Below are positions 29,401 to 38,862 of a stretch of DNA of 58,018 nt, piece after piece. The position numbers and the translations under genes were made by a program. This stretch comes from an uncultured virus (IMG/VR IMGVR_UViG_3300035670_013234) (Duplodnaviria > Heunggongvirae > Uroviricota > Caudoviricetes). The first letter of the stretch is position 1. The number at the start of each line of letters is the position of its first letter. The notes under the pieces were generated by a model, which was given only the letters and a program-made list of their open reading frames with translations, had not been told where the DNA came from and made no database searches. The stretch is from IMG/VR virus record IMGVR_UViG_3300035670_013234; one strand, given 5' to 3'.

Positions 29401-29442
29401 AAATGTATTTCCTACTACTGGTGAACTTGGAAAATCTGCCAT
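23446..29442 (-). CDS. Giant (1998 aa) fibre protein with G-X-Q collagen stalk and multi-domain C-terminal region
   Basis: FPSSP..W.WDG.SW anchor, ~110 G-X-Q triplets, LNADLLDG fibre motif, internal duplicated modules. Confidence 0.85.
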   Translation of the reverse strand: MADFPSSPVVGNTFTAEDGTVWTWDGFSWRTDNYAGSGGGGGLADIPVSVDSASTVTADSLNFRNSATVTVSVTAGIGGNANIQFTATGVQGSQGRQGSVGAQGQQGRQGAVGAQGFQGVQGAVGAQGFQGVQGSAGPQGFQGVQGAVGPQGFQGRQGSAGPQGFQGIQGAAGAQGFQGRQGSAGPQGFQGVQGDIGPQGFQGVQGDIGPQGFQGVQGQQGRQGSAGPQGFQGVQGAVGAQGFQGVQGQQGRQGAVGAQGFQGIQGQRGFQGHQGIQGTAGDKYATTSTTSITIGTGSKVFTVATGLAYSTSQTVRAANTSTNYVEGTVTSYNSGTGSLDINATSTSGSGTFTFWTINLAGTPGTQGPQGAVGAQGFQGVQGQQGRQGAVGAQGFQGVQGAVGAQGFQGFQGVQGAVGPQGFQGRQGSAGPQGFQGVQGAVGPQGFQGVQGSAGPQGFQGVQGSAGPQGFQGVQGQQGRQGAVGSQGFQGVQGATGTLTTPGSTTQILFNDGGSVGANANLTFDKTTNVLQAAGIGRFLGGVNHGYEAQPTFKLNIDFGSAVAGTWRRFIVASLADVLYSTIGFKIIVTDPNWSHAIQGSVNSDFETYMVACVRTESTTTNTPDLCVVRGPGDRIRAVKTSTGNYEIQIQNEAQFREYHLVIECYAVNGTHTITYENGATVGSTGTDQYNASVGNSINYFENVNIVGNTNSTSTTTGALKVAGGVGVAGGLNVGGNVNITSPTTTLNSNTFFQSNKTVLFQNTTPFAVSSTTKVNNLNADLLDGYDIDQFLIVGGTATTTADFAVGGYVGFNAYYDGVDTRWEAKNTQDGAFAFRNGGSGTGFQLFVQDGPVTAGGLVSWDTYVFRDGDIFSNNAKVWNDNNVGAAAASIIPSANLTYDLGSSTRLWRDVYSEQFASTLSSSYTKFTLYGTEASFGIGMVSAITFGPLNNWAMTFRFSNNSDRGFWWGDSSHTSAQGAMALTTDGNLYVANTFRVGYGETDTTDASNWADTVDIKGNVSITQVADDVGGSLILKRNSTQYSILENTGAAGPEYISISANNNAKFTKYKCDTNTTPITAGSLGHRFYINGTETLATYQNSNDIAKTKIYTDLTIQVDSATDALRINQTGSGNAFVVEDSTNPDATPFIIDAGGNVSIGTTVPVPSTKLYTTFNSSSIESNYGIYGLLTDSSAGGANAKVAVYGLALTSPSSSSTDHFARGVAGAFSHGSTATVAAAAGVGSYIQSVGGGTITDGYNFYCQNAGLGTGGANTITNLFGYYTSDLTSGLNDYGFYSGVSAGANKWGFYSAGTANNYFAGTVGIGGFTNQSKLYVYDQASDTTLSEYGTLSRIDATKASGIASSVGVAGWVVTSSGHASTGALVGVVGQGTHNFTGTIPSMAAFQTSITSQGPNGTITNAYGLRVPNPSLGAASGNNISNFYGVSVEAITNANTSYGVLSASAAAANRWNFYASGTANNYFAGSVGIGSTSDLDQFSLSVSGRVRFLNNVVIGGTTFIRQWTSSDTDIDSVLPGSTSGSIIEAADAAHFVIGIRGNDSNDGFYVIDKNNVLGGPYSQQLLAVSNAAFTYKGTNVVLAPALNSAYAQANLAYNQANSATTTAIAAANTVRVSANTGSTLSSVGLNFNNTSTITVSVGSGTSGNANVSFIGIPRFTSQINTSSGGASITGNVLIINTTVDDALRITQTGTGNAIVIEDSTNPDATPFVIDSTGTVVVGSPVAYAIGGTGGTPSVQLHSISTVFADSAVGVVKWRDRTTNPSTLGGFSMSRSGSSTIGTYTAVSAGDGIGEVRWNAANGTSFTDSSEIAGLVGEGTIGRYVPGEIQFRVASSTGTSAPSTAFAINSNTTTFSTGTVAFEDNTITRGMTKDMGTVYVDKGTQTTGTQTFDYTGGSLQRMQVGGALTIAFSNFPPSGNMGMLQMELVNGGSATVTWPTVNWIKSDGTFTTSISTYLTDVGRTLQSSGTDFFIFWTRNAGTTVYGKLL
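27955..29178 (-). repeat. Collagen-coding 9-bp-period repeats (GAQ/GFQ/GVQ/GRQ/GPQ), interrupted once by an 85-aa module
   Basis: ccttg recurring every 9 nt on the + strand. Confidence 0.95.
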
Positions 29443-29445
29443 CTA

Positions 29446-30480
29446 TTATACCATGTAAATTAAAACTACTAATCCTGGATTTCCATTTGAACCTACAGAG
29501 TTGTTTCCACCAGGTCCACCTTGGCCTGCAGTTCCATTATAATCTATATCACCAGTGTTTGGTGGGTTTTGTGTTGATGCGTTTCCGTTTGTACCAGTTC
29601 CGCCTTGCTGACTATCAGTTAAAGTTCCGCTGACATAATTGGAACCTCCGCCGCCTCCGCCGCCGCCTTCACCACCAGTACCTGTTTGACCTGATTCACC
29701 ACCACCACCGCCATAATAACCTGCACCGCCACCACCGCCTGCACCAGAGTCGTTGTTAGATGTACCTGATCCTACTCCTGAGGCTCCGCCATATGGACTT
29801 CCGCCTGGTTCGCCACCGCCAGTTCCTCCGCCAGCTACGTTTCCACCATCCCCACCGTTAAATCTGCCGTCAACTTCTCCATTCTCACCGTCGCTTCCTG
29901 TTCCTTGTCCACCAGAACCACCAGGTCCACCAGCAGATTGAGTGCCACCATCTCCGCCGTTACCTCCGTTACCAGAGGCTCTTGCTCCTGAAGCTCCTGT
30001 ATCTCCTCCTCCACCGCCTCCAACTCCACCGTCTTCGTTGGCAGCGTCACCGTTTCCTCCGCCTCCACCACCAGCACCAGCAAGAATTAATTCTGCACCT
30101 GAAGTGCCGACTGTTCCTCGAAAGATTCCAGTCAATCCGCCACCAGAACCTCCCATGTCACCGCCACCAGCAGACTGAGAAGTTCCACCAAGACCACCAC
30201 CACCAACACAAACGTTTAATGTTTCGCCTGGAGTTACTGTAATTGTGCCCTGAGCATATCCACCACCGCCACCATCACCACCAATACCACCATTAACAGA
30301 ACTAAATCCACCACCACCACCAGCACCCCATGCTTTAACAGTAACAGAGGTGACACCAGCAGGAACCGTCCAAGGAGTGCTATTTGTTTGAGTATCAAAT
30401 ACTTCTTTAAATTCTTGCGTAGTGACTGCTGGCGCACCGAATCCATGCACATGGGTTGCAACTGACAGCAAATAAGACAT
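29446..30480 (-). CDS. Glycine-rich (polyglycine II bundle type) adhesin-like protein
   Basis: WTVPAGVTSVTVKAWGAGGGGG, VTPGETLNVCVGGGG, AGAGGGGG, GYYGGGGG, C-terminal GLVVLIY. Confidence 0.8.
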   Translation of the reverse strand: MSYLLSVATHVHGFGAPAVTTQEFKEVFDTQTNSTPWTVPAGVTSVTVKAWGAGGGGGFSSVNGGIGGDGGGGGYAQGTITVTPGETLNVCVGGGGLGGTSQSAGGGDMGGSGGGLTGIFRGTVGTSGAELILAGAGGGGGGNGDAANEDGGVGGGGGGDTGASGARASGNGGNGGDGGTQSAGGPGGSGGQGTGSDGENGEVDGRFNGGDGGNVAGGGTGGGEPGGSPYGGASGVGSGTSNNDSGAGGGGGAGYYGGGGGESGQTGTGGEGGGGGGGGSNYVSGTLTDSQQGGTGTNGNASTQNPPNTGDIDYNGTAGQGGPGGNNSVGSNGNPGLVVLIYMV

Positions 30481-30481
30481 T

Positions 30482-30850
30482 TTAGATCAGATCTCTAATT
30501 TTAATTTTGTATTCTTCAAGAGTAATTGTTGGTTGTTGCTCAAGAGTTAGTAATCGATTTTCTTGATTGAACAATGCAGTCATCACGGCTCTTTCGATGG
30601 AATTAACCCAACTAGTTTTTCTGCTTAATATTTCTTCAGGCGTAAAATCAACAATTATCCAACCGCGAAGAACCTGAGTTTCTTGGACAGTAACTGTTCC
30701 GATAGCATTCTGCAGTTCTGGATTGTATGGTGGTCTTTCTTCATCAACAACAGGAAGCCATCTCCAGCCTGGTTTTGTTTGAACTTCTGGATCGACATTT
30801 GATTGAATTCGATCCACAGTATCTTCTGGACTAATTAGAGCGTATAACAT
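30482..30850 (-). CDS. Small fibre-associated/chaperone-like protein
   Basis: WLPV....PPYNP..Q...W.+VD.TPEE pattern; between fibre and Gly-rich gene. Confidence 0.6.
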   Translation of the reverse strand: MLYALISPEDTVDRIQSNVDPEVQTKPGWRWLPVVDEERPPYNPELQNAIGTVTVQETQVLRGWIIVDFTPEEILSRKTSWVNSIERAVMTALFNQENRLLTLEQQPTITLEEYKIKIRDLI

Positions 30851-33800
30851 TAGGTGTCGTCCTGTGCATCTGTTGTTACAAATAACGTTATACCAATCAA
30901 TCTTGCATCTACACCAAGTGTATCGTTACCATCACCAGTCACTCGAGAAACCTGAAAGAAAGTAATATCTTCGGGAGTCGGAGTTCCTGCTATTGTCACA
31001 GCACCAGATATTGGAGATACATGTATATCATCGGCAGCTATGAATGTGTCTTGAACGTTGACCGCAGTTCCAAATGCTGTATCAATTGGATCATCATCAC
31101 TCAATGAAACGCCAGCAAGGCTCCAAGTTACGCCACCTGATCCTGATGCTGCTGTCCATGCTGCTTGATATGTGATAGTACCCTCGTCCCAAGACTTTGG
31201 CATTCGAATTGAAAACTGAACAAACTCTTGGGTTGTTGTATCAAAATCATATGTTTTGACCATAACATTATTTGTTGTTGATTCTGTTGTGGTTGAACCT
31301 GCACCAGCTGTTGTTCTTGGTAGCATTGTCTGAGCTGGAACCCAGATAGTTCTTAGGCCAACACCACCAGCTGAGCCTTGGATACCTTGGAATCCTTGAG
31401 CACCAACAGCACCCTGAATACCTTGGAACCCTTGCGCTCCTGCTGCTCCTTGAATACCTTGTGAACCTTGAGCGCCTACTGCTCCTTGAATTCCCTGGAA
31501 CCCTTGCGCTCCAGCAGCACCTTGAATACCCTGGAACCCTTGCGCTCCTGCTGCTCCTTGAATACCTTGTGAACCTTGAGCGCCTACTGCTCCTTGAATA
31601 CCCTGGAAACCTTGAGCACCAACAGCACCCTGGAAACCTTGAGCTCCTTGCACACCCTGTGCGCCTTGAGCACCACCACCACCGCCACCAAGATTGGGTA
31701 CAATATCTACACCAGCAACGATCAGATTGCCAGAGATATTGACAGTGTTGGCGTAAAACTCAACGTTGGCATTGCCGTCAGTTGGTCCAATGATTATATT
31801 TGTTTTAGACCCAGCAGTTCCGTCAGTTCCTATTCTAACGTTTTTGGTTGCTGTTGCTTCAGTGGCGCCAAAGGCAATGTTTGCTTCTGTATCACCAACA
31901 CCACCGCCGATTTCTATTCTAGCGTTACCAGAAGTTCTATATGCTTGCGATGCTGATATAAATGGAGCAGATAATGTAGCAGTTGACCCACTCACTGTGA
32001 CACTTCCGCTGGTTGTGACAGTACCAGATGATGTTACTGTAAATTGCTGCGTACTACCAACTTGCAATTCATTAGAGACAACTCCTTCTGTTACAATGAC
32101 ATCACCCCAAACAAAAACATCGTCTTTAAAGGAACCTTTTCCTGTCACTGAAAATTGTTTGGCATCAACTGTAACACCATTTATTAAATACTCAATAATA
32201 TCATCAGTTTGGGTTCCAACAAGATACATTCTATTGTTTGGATATGCGACATATATGCCAGTGACGCTGCCTTCAGAAGAATAGACTGCTTTCACATCTC
32301 TTATTCTCTTTCTGTTTTCAGTGAAAACTGCACCAGATATATTCCACGCAGTTGGTAGAAAGAATTCATAGATATAATCGTTGGTTATTCCAACCAGATA
32401 CATATATTTTCCATCTGGGGAAAATGACAATGATTGAAGAGAAGTATCTACTCCAGGAGTTAGTGAAATTGAATCGTAGGTCAAAGAAGCTGCTGTCAAA
32501 TCCCAAGGAGTTGACATAGTAAATTGCCAAATTATAGATGTAGAACAAACCCACAATTTAGTCCCATCAGGTTTGAAATACATTCCTGATGGAGAAGTAG
32601 TTTGAATTGCACCAGAAACTGTATTGGAGTTGGTTGTGAATGTTGCAGTTGTAACATCCCAAGGAGTGCTTAGATCATACCAAGTGATGTCATTACCAGT
32701 ATCACCAAGAACATACATCACATTGCCTTCAGGAACTCTGAATGCTAAATCTACAACAGCTGTTTCTTGAGCACTAATATTATAGGATGTTGTTGTTGTT
32801 GCCGTCGCTAAATTCCATGCTTCACTCAGTTCTATTTGATATACTAACTCTGGCGTTTGATCTGAAACATATAATCTAGTACCGCTAGTGTTGGCAAAAA
32901 TTCCAGAAGGAGTTCCATTACCAGCTGGTAGAGGATAAATATTACCATCTCTATTATGGACCCATTCTAACATTCCTCCAGTGGTTTCAATTTTGGTATT
33001 ATCACTGGTATATAATGCATCGGATACAATAATATTACTGGATGCGATTAGATTACCAGTAACATTTGCTCGGCCACTCACAGTAAGCGATTCAGTACTG
33101 GAACTTCCAGTTACTGTAATTGAAGTAGAAATGATACCACCACTTGATTGAATTGTAGTTTGACCAGTGCTCCCAAACCTCGAAACGCCAGTGACTCGAA
33201 GGTCATCTTCTACTACAATTTCTCTATAAAATTTTACAGTGTTTGCAAAGGAAGCTGCGCCATTTACGTGCAATTTTCTAGACTCAACTGTCATTCCACC
33301 ATATAAATCAAACTCAGCAACATCATCTGCAACAGAACCGACAATATAGAGCCTATTATTTGGGTAGGCAAAATACATTCCTGCTGGTATAATTTCTTCA
33401 TATGGAACTGATACTGATGTATCAGTCGCAGATAATCTTTTTCCTGTTGGTGTTGCACCAACAATATTCCATGCAGTCGGCAATGTATATTCTATGATCT
33501 TATCAGCACTTTCACCAAGGACATACAAAAGTTTACCATCGGGCGTCAATGATATTGAATATGGAGTGGTTTCTTGGCTAGTTGTAATTACGTTTTGTAG
33601 GACGTTAGTTGTTGCAGTTGCCACGTTCCATGGAGAAGACATTGTATATTGGTAAACGTTTGCTGCTCCTGTTCTAGTAACCGCAAAAAACATCGTACCA
33701 TCTGGTTTGAAAAAGAACCCTTCCCAATTTCCTGTTCCAAGAGAATAATTATTTGATGTTGATACAGTTGCAGTTGCTACGTTCCATGGAGTGCTCAAAT

Positions 33801-34251
33801 CATATGTGGTTATATCATCTCCACTGTTGCCAAGAAGGTACATAACATTACCTTCTGGCCTAAAGAATACATCAATAGGAGTAGCTTCTTGAGAGGCGAC
33901 GTTTAATGTTTGTGTTAGAGTTGCTGTTGATATTTCCCATGGTGTGGATAGTTCCAGCTGATGAACAACATCCACAAGACCAGCAGCTAAGGCACTATTT
34001 TGATCGACAACATATACTCTTGTTCCATCAGTATTAGCAAAAACGCCACTTAATTGACCATTAAGAATACTTAATCCTGCTCTAAACGACGCCTCTTCTA
34101 TACCATATGTCGTTTTAAGTCTTGCATTGGCACTAGTGTGGAATGCATCAGTTGCAATGATATTACTGGATCCGATTAGGTTCCCAGTAACGGTTGCACC
34201 ACTGCTTACATTAAGCGTTCCAGTTACTGTGGTTGAAAGTAAATCAGCCAT
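30850..34251 (-). CDS. Fibre protein with two beta-propellers, short collagen segment and C-terminal globular domain
   Basis: Two sets of F.PDG..(L/M)Y / Y.LSTPW.+.TA blades; ~33 G-X-Q triplets at 31368-31672. Confidence 0.85.
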   Translation of the reverse strand: MADLLSTTVTGTLNVSSGATVTGNLIGSSNIIATDAFHTSANARLKTTYGIEEASFRAGLSILNGQLSGVFANTDGTRVYVVDQNSALAAGLVDVVHQLELSTPWEISTATLTQTLNVASQEATPIDVFFRPEGNVMYLLGNSGDDITTYDLSTPWNVATATVSTSNNYSLGTGNWEGFFFKPDGTMFFAVTRTGAANVYQYTMSSPWNVATATTNVLQNVITTSQETTPYSISLTPDGKLLYVLGESADKIIEYTLPTAWNIVGATPTGKRLSATDTSVSVPYEEIIPAGMYFAYPNNRLYIVGSVADDVAEFDLYGGMTVESRKLHVNGAASFANTVKFYREIVVEDDLRVTGVSRFGSTGQTTIQSSGGIISTSITVTGSSSTESLTVSGRANVTGNLIASSNIIVSDALYTSDNTKIETTGGMLEWVHNRDGNIYPLPAGNGTPSGIFANTSGTRLYVSDQTPELVYQIELSEAWNLATATTTTSYNISAQETAVVDLAFRVPEGNVMYVLGDTGNDITWYDLSTPWDVTTATFTTNSNTVSGAIQTTSPSGMYFKPDGTKLWVCSTSIIWQFTMSTPWDLTAASLTYDSISLTPGVDTSLQSLSFSPDGKYMYLVGITNDYIYEFFLPTAWNISGAVFTENRKRIRDVKAVYSSEGSVTGIYVAYPNNRMYLVGTQTDDIIEYLINGVTVDAKQFSVTGKGSFKDDVFVWGDVIVTEGVVSNELQVGSTQQFTVTSSGTVTTSGSVTVSGSTATLSAPFISASQAYRTSGNARIEIGGGVGDTEANIAFGATEATATKNVRIGTDGTAGSKTNIIIGPTDGNANVEFYANTVNISGNLIVAGVDIVPNLGGGGGGAQGAQGVQGAQGFQGAVGAQGFQGIQGAVGAQGSQGIQGAAGAQGFQGIQGAAGAQGFQGIQGAVGAQGSQGIQGAAGAQGFQGIQGAVGAQGFQGIQGSAGGVGLRTIWVPAQTMLPRTTAGAGSTTTESTTNNVMVKTYDFDTTTQEFVQFSIRMPKSWDEGTITYQAAWTAASGSGGVTWSLAGVSLSDDDPIDTAFGTAVNVQDTFIAADDIHVSPISGAVTIAGTPTPEDITFFQVSRVTGDGNDTLGVDARLIGITLFVTTDAQDDT

Positions 34252-34278
34252 GGGTATCTCTTGAGAATAGTTGTTTAG

Positions 34279-34286
34279 TATTTATC
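34279..34286 (-). promoter_or_regulatory. Late promoter variant
   Basis: GATAAATA overlapping a stop codon, 28 nt before ATG 34251. Confidence 0.6.
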
Positions 34287-36384
34287 ATACTTCTTTGAGC
34301 CCACCAACCCATATATCCGAGTTTGCATGGACTTTCATCTGGGCCAATAGTTCCTTTTCGCTGAAATAGCCAGCCTGTATCGTGCCGTCTTCAAATATCT
34401 GCATGACTTTTCTTTGTGGAGTTGGGTTCAGATCAACAGCATAGAAATTGTCGCCTTTTGATGTGTTTATGTTTCCTCTATTATAAAATATACCAGGCTG
34501 ACCTGAAGTTATAGCAGTATTAGAAACTTGATCGATCTGGACTCCATTTTTATATGCTGTAAGCGTAGAACCTTGCACTCTTAATTTTATAATATCACCA
34601 GCCACGAATGTTATATTAGTTGTTCCTATAATTATTTTTGTGGAATTATCTTTAATATATGCAATTCTTCTATCACTATTATTAGTACCATCAGAACTAA
34701 TAGCATAACATCCATTTGCAATTATTCTAACAGCTGGACCTAAAGAATCAAAAGTTGCTCTAGTGGCTATTCTTATTTCAGCTTCATGATCATCGGAAAA
34801 ATTTACAGTGGCTTCGGCAACCTTTGCGTATGAATCTGAAGTTACTGCATCAAATGTATTGGCAGTTATTCTGAATCCGCCTCTAATTATTTCCCAATCT
34901 GGACCTAATTCTCCATAATTAGCATTTGCTAACGTGGCATATGCTTCTGTATTTGCTCGATTGAAATTATCTGAGAAACTCTGGTAGATCCCAGTCTCTT
35001 TGAATCTCTCAGCTTGTAGTATGTATTTTGGTGCTTCTTTGATTGCGAATGCATAGGATGCAACATAATTTATTGTTCCACTGGCTGTAATATTAGATCG
35101 CCTTGATCCTGTATTACCTGCAACTGGCCTTCTCTCATAAGCTATAGCTGCCCCTACAGCTGCATATGACACTCTAGTTCTTTTATATAAAATCTGAGTA
35201 GTTTCTGGCGCGGATGCGAATACATCATTAGCAGCCAAAAAATTACTATCTTTTCCTGTAGTATAATACATCACCAGAGAATTATTATAATTTGTAGTTA
35301 TTCCCGAAATAGCTTGAGTATCAGTTGTATTTGTTAATTTCGTATCTATTGGGTTGTTCTTGTCAGCTCCAATCACACGGAACATCCAACCAACATCATC
35401 TTCATTATCTTGAGGTGCACTAAAAGAATAACTTACTGGCTCATTATTTGCTATTCTGTATCCAACCCAAGTTGCAATGTTGAAGTTACCATTGAGGTTT
35501 TTATCCCAATTTGTAACTAGTGTAGTCCAATTAGTTGGGGGTGTTCCAACAAATGGGTTATTGTCAGTCGATCCAAAAAGAAATGCTAGTAATAGATCAC
35601 CATCCATTGTATTTGCTGGGACATTGATAGTTAATGTCGCGTTGTTGGAGAAATTAGTAACGCTAGCATAAGTATATCCATTGGCAGTAAGATCAAGTTC
35701 AACTCTTTCGCGAATCCATGGATTGAACACGAGCAAATTGCTATAGAAAAGTGTACTGGTATCTCCAGTGACAGTTAGCCTTTCTTCTTTGACGTCATTA
35801 TCATACACTTTATCAAATATACCAAAACTAAAATCGTTTAAAGAGTTAACATAATCTCTTCTTATTGTCCAACCAGAAGTTGCAGAAAATGGTGGTGGAG
35901 ATGGGCTATTTGATGTTAATGTTGCTATAGCAAAACTGCCGCTTCTAGCCTTTACTGTAAATGGTACTGATACTGTTAAAGCTGGTGATGCACTTTTAGT
36001 GTTTAGATATATTGGATTTTCTTGATCAACACCAGAAAGGGTGTATAGTGTAATTGCTCTTCCTCCACCTGCTTCGTTTGGAGTTGCACTAAATGTTATT
36101 GACTGAGATCCTGCTGGTATATCCTTTTCTAGAAGATAGAAAACCAAATTAACAGCAAGTCCAGATCCTGTTTGTGGACCTCTTAATGAAGATGATGCCA
36201 GAGTAAACTGCGCAGATCCCATCGAAAGAGTAAATGTAGGTGTATCATAATATGAACCACCTTCATATCCCATAACAGCAACAACAACTCTACTTCTACC
36301 CGATTCTGCAGTATATGTTGTTGGAACATTATTAGCTGAAAATGGAGTACCAAGAATTTGTATTTTATTATTATAAATTGGCAT
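34285..36384 (-). CDS. Multi-domain beta-rich virion/fibre-tip protein
   Basis: 699 aa; two beta-sandwich-like modules, a lectin-like DNFNR...AYKNG..SGQPG domain, C-terminal repeated xxFxE motif. Confidence 0.7.
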   Translation of the reverse strand: MPIYNNKIQILGTPFSANNVPTTYTAESGRSRVVVAVMGYEGGSYYDTPTFTLSMGSAQFTLASSSLRGPQTGSGLAVNLVFYLLEKDIPAGSQSITFSATPNEAGGGRAITLYTLSGVDQENPIYLNTKSASPALTVSVPFTVKARSGSFAIATLTSNSPSPPPFSATSGWTIRRDYVNSLNDFSFGIFDKVYDNDVKEERLTVTGDTSTLFYSNLLVFNPWIRERVELDLTANGYTYASVTNFSNNATLTINVPANTMDGDLLLAFLFGSTDNNPFVGTPPTNWTTLVTNWDKNLNGNFNIATWVGYRIANNEPVSYSFSAPQDNEDDVGWMFRVIGADKNNPIDTKLTNTTDTQAISGITTNYNNSLVMYYTTGKDSNFLAANDVFASAPETTQILYKRTRVSYAAVGAAIAYERRPVAGNTGSRRSNITASGTINYVASYAFAIKEAPKYILQAERFKETGIYQSFSDNFNRANTEAYATLANANYGELGPDWEIIRGGFRITANTFDAVTSDSYAKVAEATVNFSDDHEAEIRIATRATFDSLGPAVRIIANGCYAISSDGTNNSDRRIAYIKDNSTKIIIGTTNITFVAGDIIKLRVQGSTLTAYKNGVQIDQVSNTAITSGQPGIFYNRGNINTSKGDNFYAVDLNPTPQRKVMQIFEDGTIQAGYFSEKELLAQMKVHANSDIWVGGLKEV

Positions 36385-38858
36385 TAAAATCCACCAACTT
36401 TTACTTTCTTTGATTTATATGGTTTAATTGAAACAACAGCAAGATATTTGTTTCCTTCTGTTCCAGTCGATGTTGCAGTAATTGTTTTAGATCCGCCTGT
36501 ATATTGAATCTTATCTGCAGTTGCTATTCTAAAGTCAGTTTCTTCAACTGGCTGCGCTCGGTCAACAACTACATCATAATTCCATCCCCATGTTCGAGCA
36601 GGCGAAGAGCTGACTGCAGTTGCTAGAACCATTGAACCTTCGCTAACAGTAATTGTATTAGATACAGTTGTCACCACAGCCGTTGTTGTAACATTACCAA
36701 AGGCTTCAAAATCTCCAGGTTCAGCATTATTTAATTGCCATGCTTGCCAAGAGCAGACGTTGGTGCTAGCAATAGTTTCCATGGATATTTTCTTTGTTCC
36801 AGCTTCAGAAGCATCCATGAATCTCAGATTTTGTATGGTTGCTGTTACTGTTGCTGCTGTTCCAGTAGCATATCTACTAGCAATATAACAATATCTAAAC
36901 GATGAGACTTCAGTTAGATCTATAGATAATGTTGTAACTAGATTAGAATAGTTTGAATCTTTATATATCTTACAATATGCGACTAAACCAATTCTACTCA
37001 ACTCAATATAAAAGGGATTATTTAAATATATTTCTGGTCCATCGTATGTTGAAATCTTAGTTGGAGATGTTACGATTGTTGCCGCAGAATCAAATTGAAC
37101 TAATTGTAATTGTGCATTTGTGGAAGAAGTAGTTCTATTCCATCTTACTTGAATTGAAGGTTTTTCATTGTTCCCAACACCACCACCAATTGTTGTTTGT
37201 AAAGATATTGGAGTAAATACTGATGTGCTAGCAGTTGCTGCTGTTATACTTATTGGCCCAATTTTGACTCTGAAATCTCCAGTTTTCCATTGTTCTCCGC
37301 AATCCAATCGATACCCAGTTTCTCCAGAACCAGCACCGCTCATTGTATTGATATTAATTTGATTATTGCCAGTCAATGTCAAGTCTGAGCCTGGATCAAA
37401 TTCAACAAAGTCCTTGGCGAAATCCATTAGCTGACCGCCGCTATCTGGCACGTCATAATACCAAACAGAAAATGCATCAGTAATTAATGGCGGTCGAAGC
37501 GAGAGTTTCGGTGTCATTGGGACGCCATCAAATCGGCAGTTTGCCATGGCTACTGTTTGGTCCTCAGAATATCCCATCACAACAATCTTTCTACGTGTTC
37601 CAGGATCAAATCTAAAATCGCCAGAATGTGATGTGCCAGAAACGGTATTGTTGAAATATCCAGCTGAAGAGATATGGAGTTTTCTTGGATTTCTTACTGG
37701 AGCAAAAACTGTATATGGATTGACAGCAGTAGTGGAATTAGTCCAAGTTGAAGCGAACCCAAACGATCCATTTAATGTGGATACTCTTGTGGCAGTATCG
37801 CCGTTATATCCTGCAACAGATAATCTCAAATTAGTTGCAGATTTTGTGCTCCAAGCAACAGCATATGTTTTATCTTTGATCAATTTAATTGGTGGATAAA
37901 ATGTATTTCTATATACTGCAGTTGGACCTACATTTACTGAAGCAGTTCCTACTAATGGCGCCGCTGAAAAAGTATCACTTACATCATAAATTGCAATATC
38001 TAACGGCGAACCATCACCATAAATTGTAGTTGATCCTGTGCTGCAACCAACTTCTCCAATTTCTTCATCTTCCTTGGCAAGAAATAATGGAAGAAATCTA
38101 GTTGGATTTCCGTAGTTCATAAATTGGCCAGTATTTCTTGTTATATCTATGCCAGCTGCTCTAAAATAACCTCCGCCATAGTGACCCACAGCTTCTGTGT
38201 TTGGGACAATACTGAAAGTTAATGCTCTTTTATTATCTAATGTTCTGCCCCATAATATATTACCATAACTAGTATTTGTGCCAGGCCTGTCTTGATAGGA
38301 AACAATCAAAGAAGTTCGGTTTGTATTCGCTTTGGCAATTAAAGTCGTTCCGCTTGGGATATCGCTATCACTAAATGCAGTATTACTTTGGGAAGCGCAA
38401 ACTGTCATTAGTAAAAACCCATCTCCACCACTAGGTGTTTGAGTTGGGTTACCAGAAGTTATTGCTGCTATACCATCAACGCTGGTATTACTAATAAAGG
38501 CTGAGCAGGGAGTAATTCTATGAGCACCCTCAACTCTCATTGCGATAACGCAAAACTCTGCATCTGCAGTTGTACTAGTGGTTCTAATCCTGGCTACAGT
38601 TTCTTGGCCATTAGATATTTTTGTTCCGACATATATGTTTCCATAAAATGTACCAGCCTCATTAGTAGACAAAAATTGTTGATACCCATGAATATTTGCT
38701 GTATGGCCAGTTGTTGTTGTATTTCCTGATGCTATAAGGATTATTGTGTCGCCCTTTTTTCCAGGAGGTATTGGAAATTCAAAACTTCTTAATCCGCCAT
38801 TAGTATTGGCAACAGTATATCCAACATTCAACGTGTTGTTAAACTTAACAACAGCCAT
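36384..38858 (-). CDS. Multi-domain beta-rich virion/fibre-tip protein
   Basis: 824 aa, Thr/Ser-rich; modules homologous to those of the neighbouring ORFs. Confidence 0.7.
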   Translation of the reverse strand: MAVVKFNNTLNVGYTVANTNGGLRSFEFPIPPGKKGDTIILIASGNTTTTGHTANIHGYQQFLSTNEAGTFYGNIYVGTKISNGQETVARIRTTSTTADAEFCVIAMRVEGAHRITPCSAFISNTSVDGIAAITSGNPTQTPSGGDGFLLMTVCASQSNTAFSDSDIPSGTTLIAKANTNRTSLIVSYQDRPGTNTSYGNILWGRTLDNKRALTFSIVPNTEAVGHYGGGYFRAAGIDITRNTGQFMNYGNPTRFLPLFLAKEDEEIGEVGCSTGSTTIYGDGSPLDIAIYDVSDTFSAAPLVGTASVNVGPTAVYRNTFYPPIKLIKDKTYAVAWSTKSATNLRLSVAGYNGDTATRVSTLNGSFGFASTWTNSTTAVNPYTVFAPVRNPRKLHISSAGYFNNTVSGTSHSGDFRFDPGTRRKIVVMGYSEDQTVAMANCRFDGVPMTPKLSLRPPLITDAFSVWYYDVPDSGGQLMDFAKDFVEFDPGSDLTLTGNNQININTMSGAGSGETGYRLDCGEQWKTGDFRVKIGPISITAATASTSVFTPISLQTTIGGGVGNNEKPSIQVRWNRTTSSTNAQLQLVQFDSAATIVTSPTKISTYDGPEIYLNNPFYIELSRIGLVAYCKIYKDSNYSNLVTTLSIDLTEVSSFRYCYIASRYATGTAATVTATIQNLRFMDASEAGTKKISMETIASTNVCSWQAWQLNNAEPGDFEAFGNVTTTAVVTTVSNTITVSEGSMVLATAVSSSPARTWGWNYDVVVDRAQPVEETDFRIATADKIQYTGGSKTITATSTGTEGNKYLAVVSIKPYKSKKVKVGGF

Positions 38859-38862
38859 AGTT

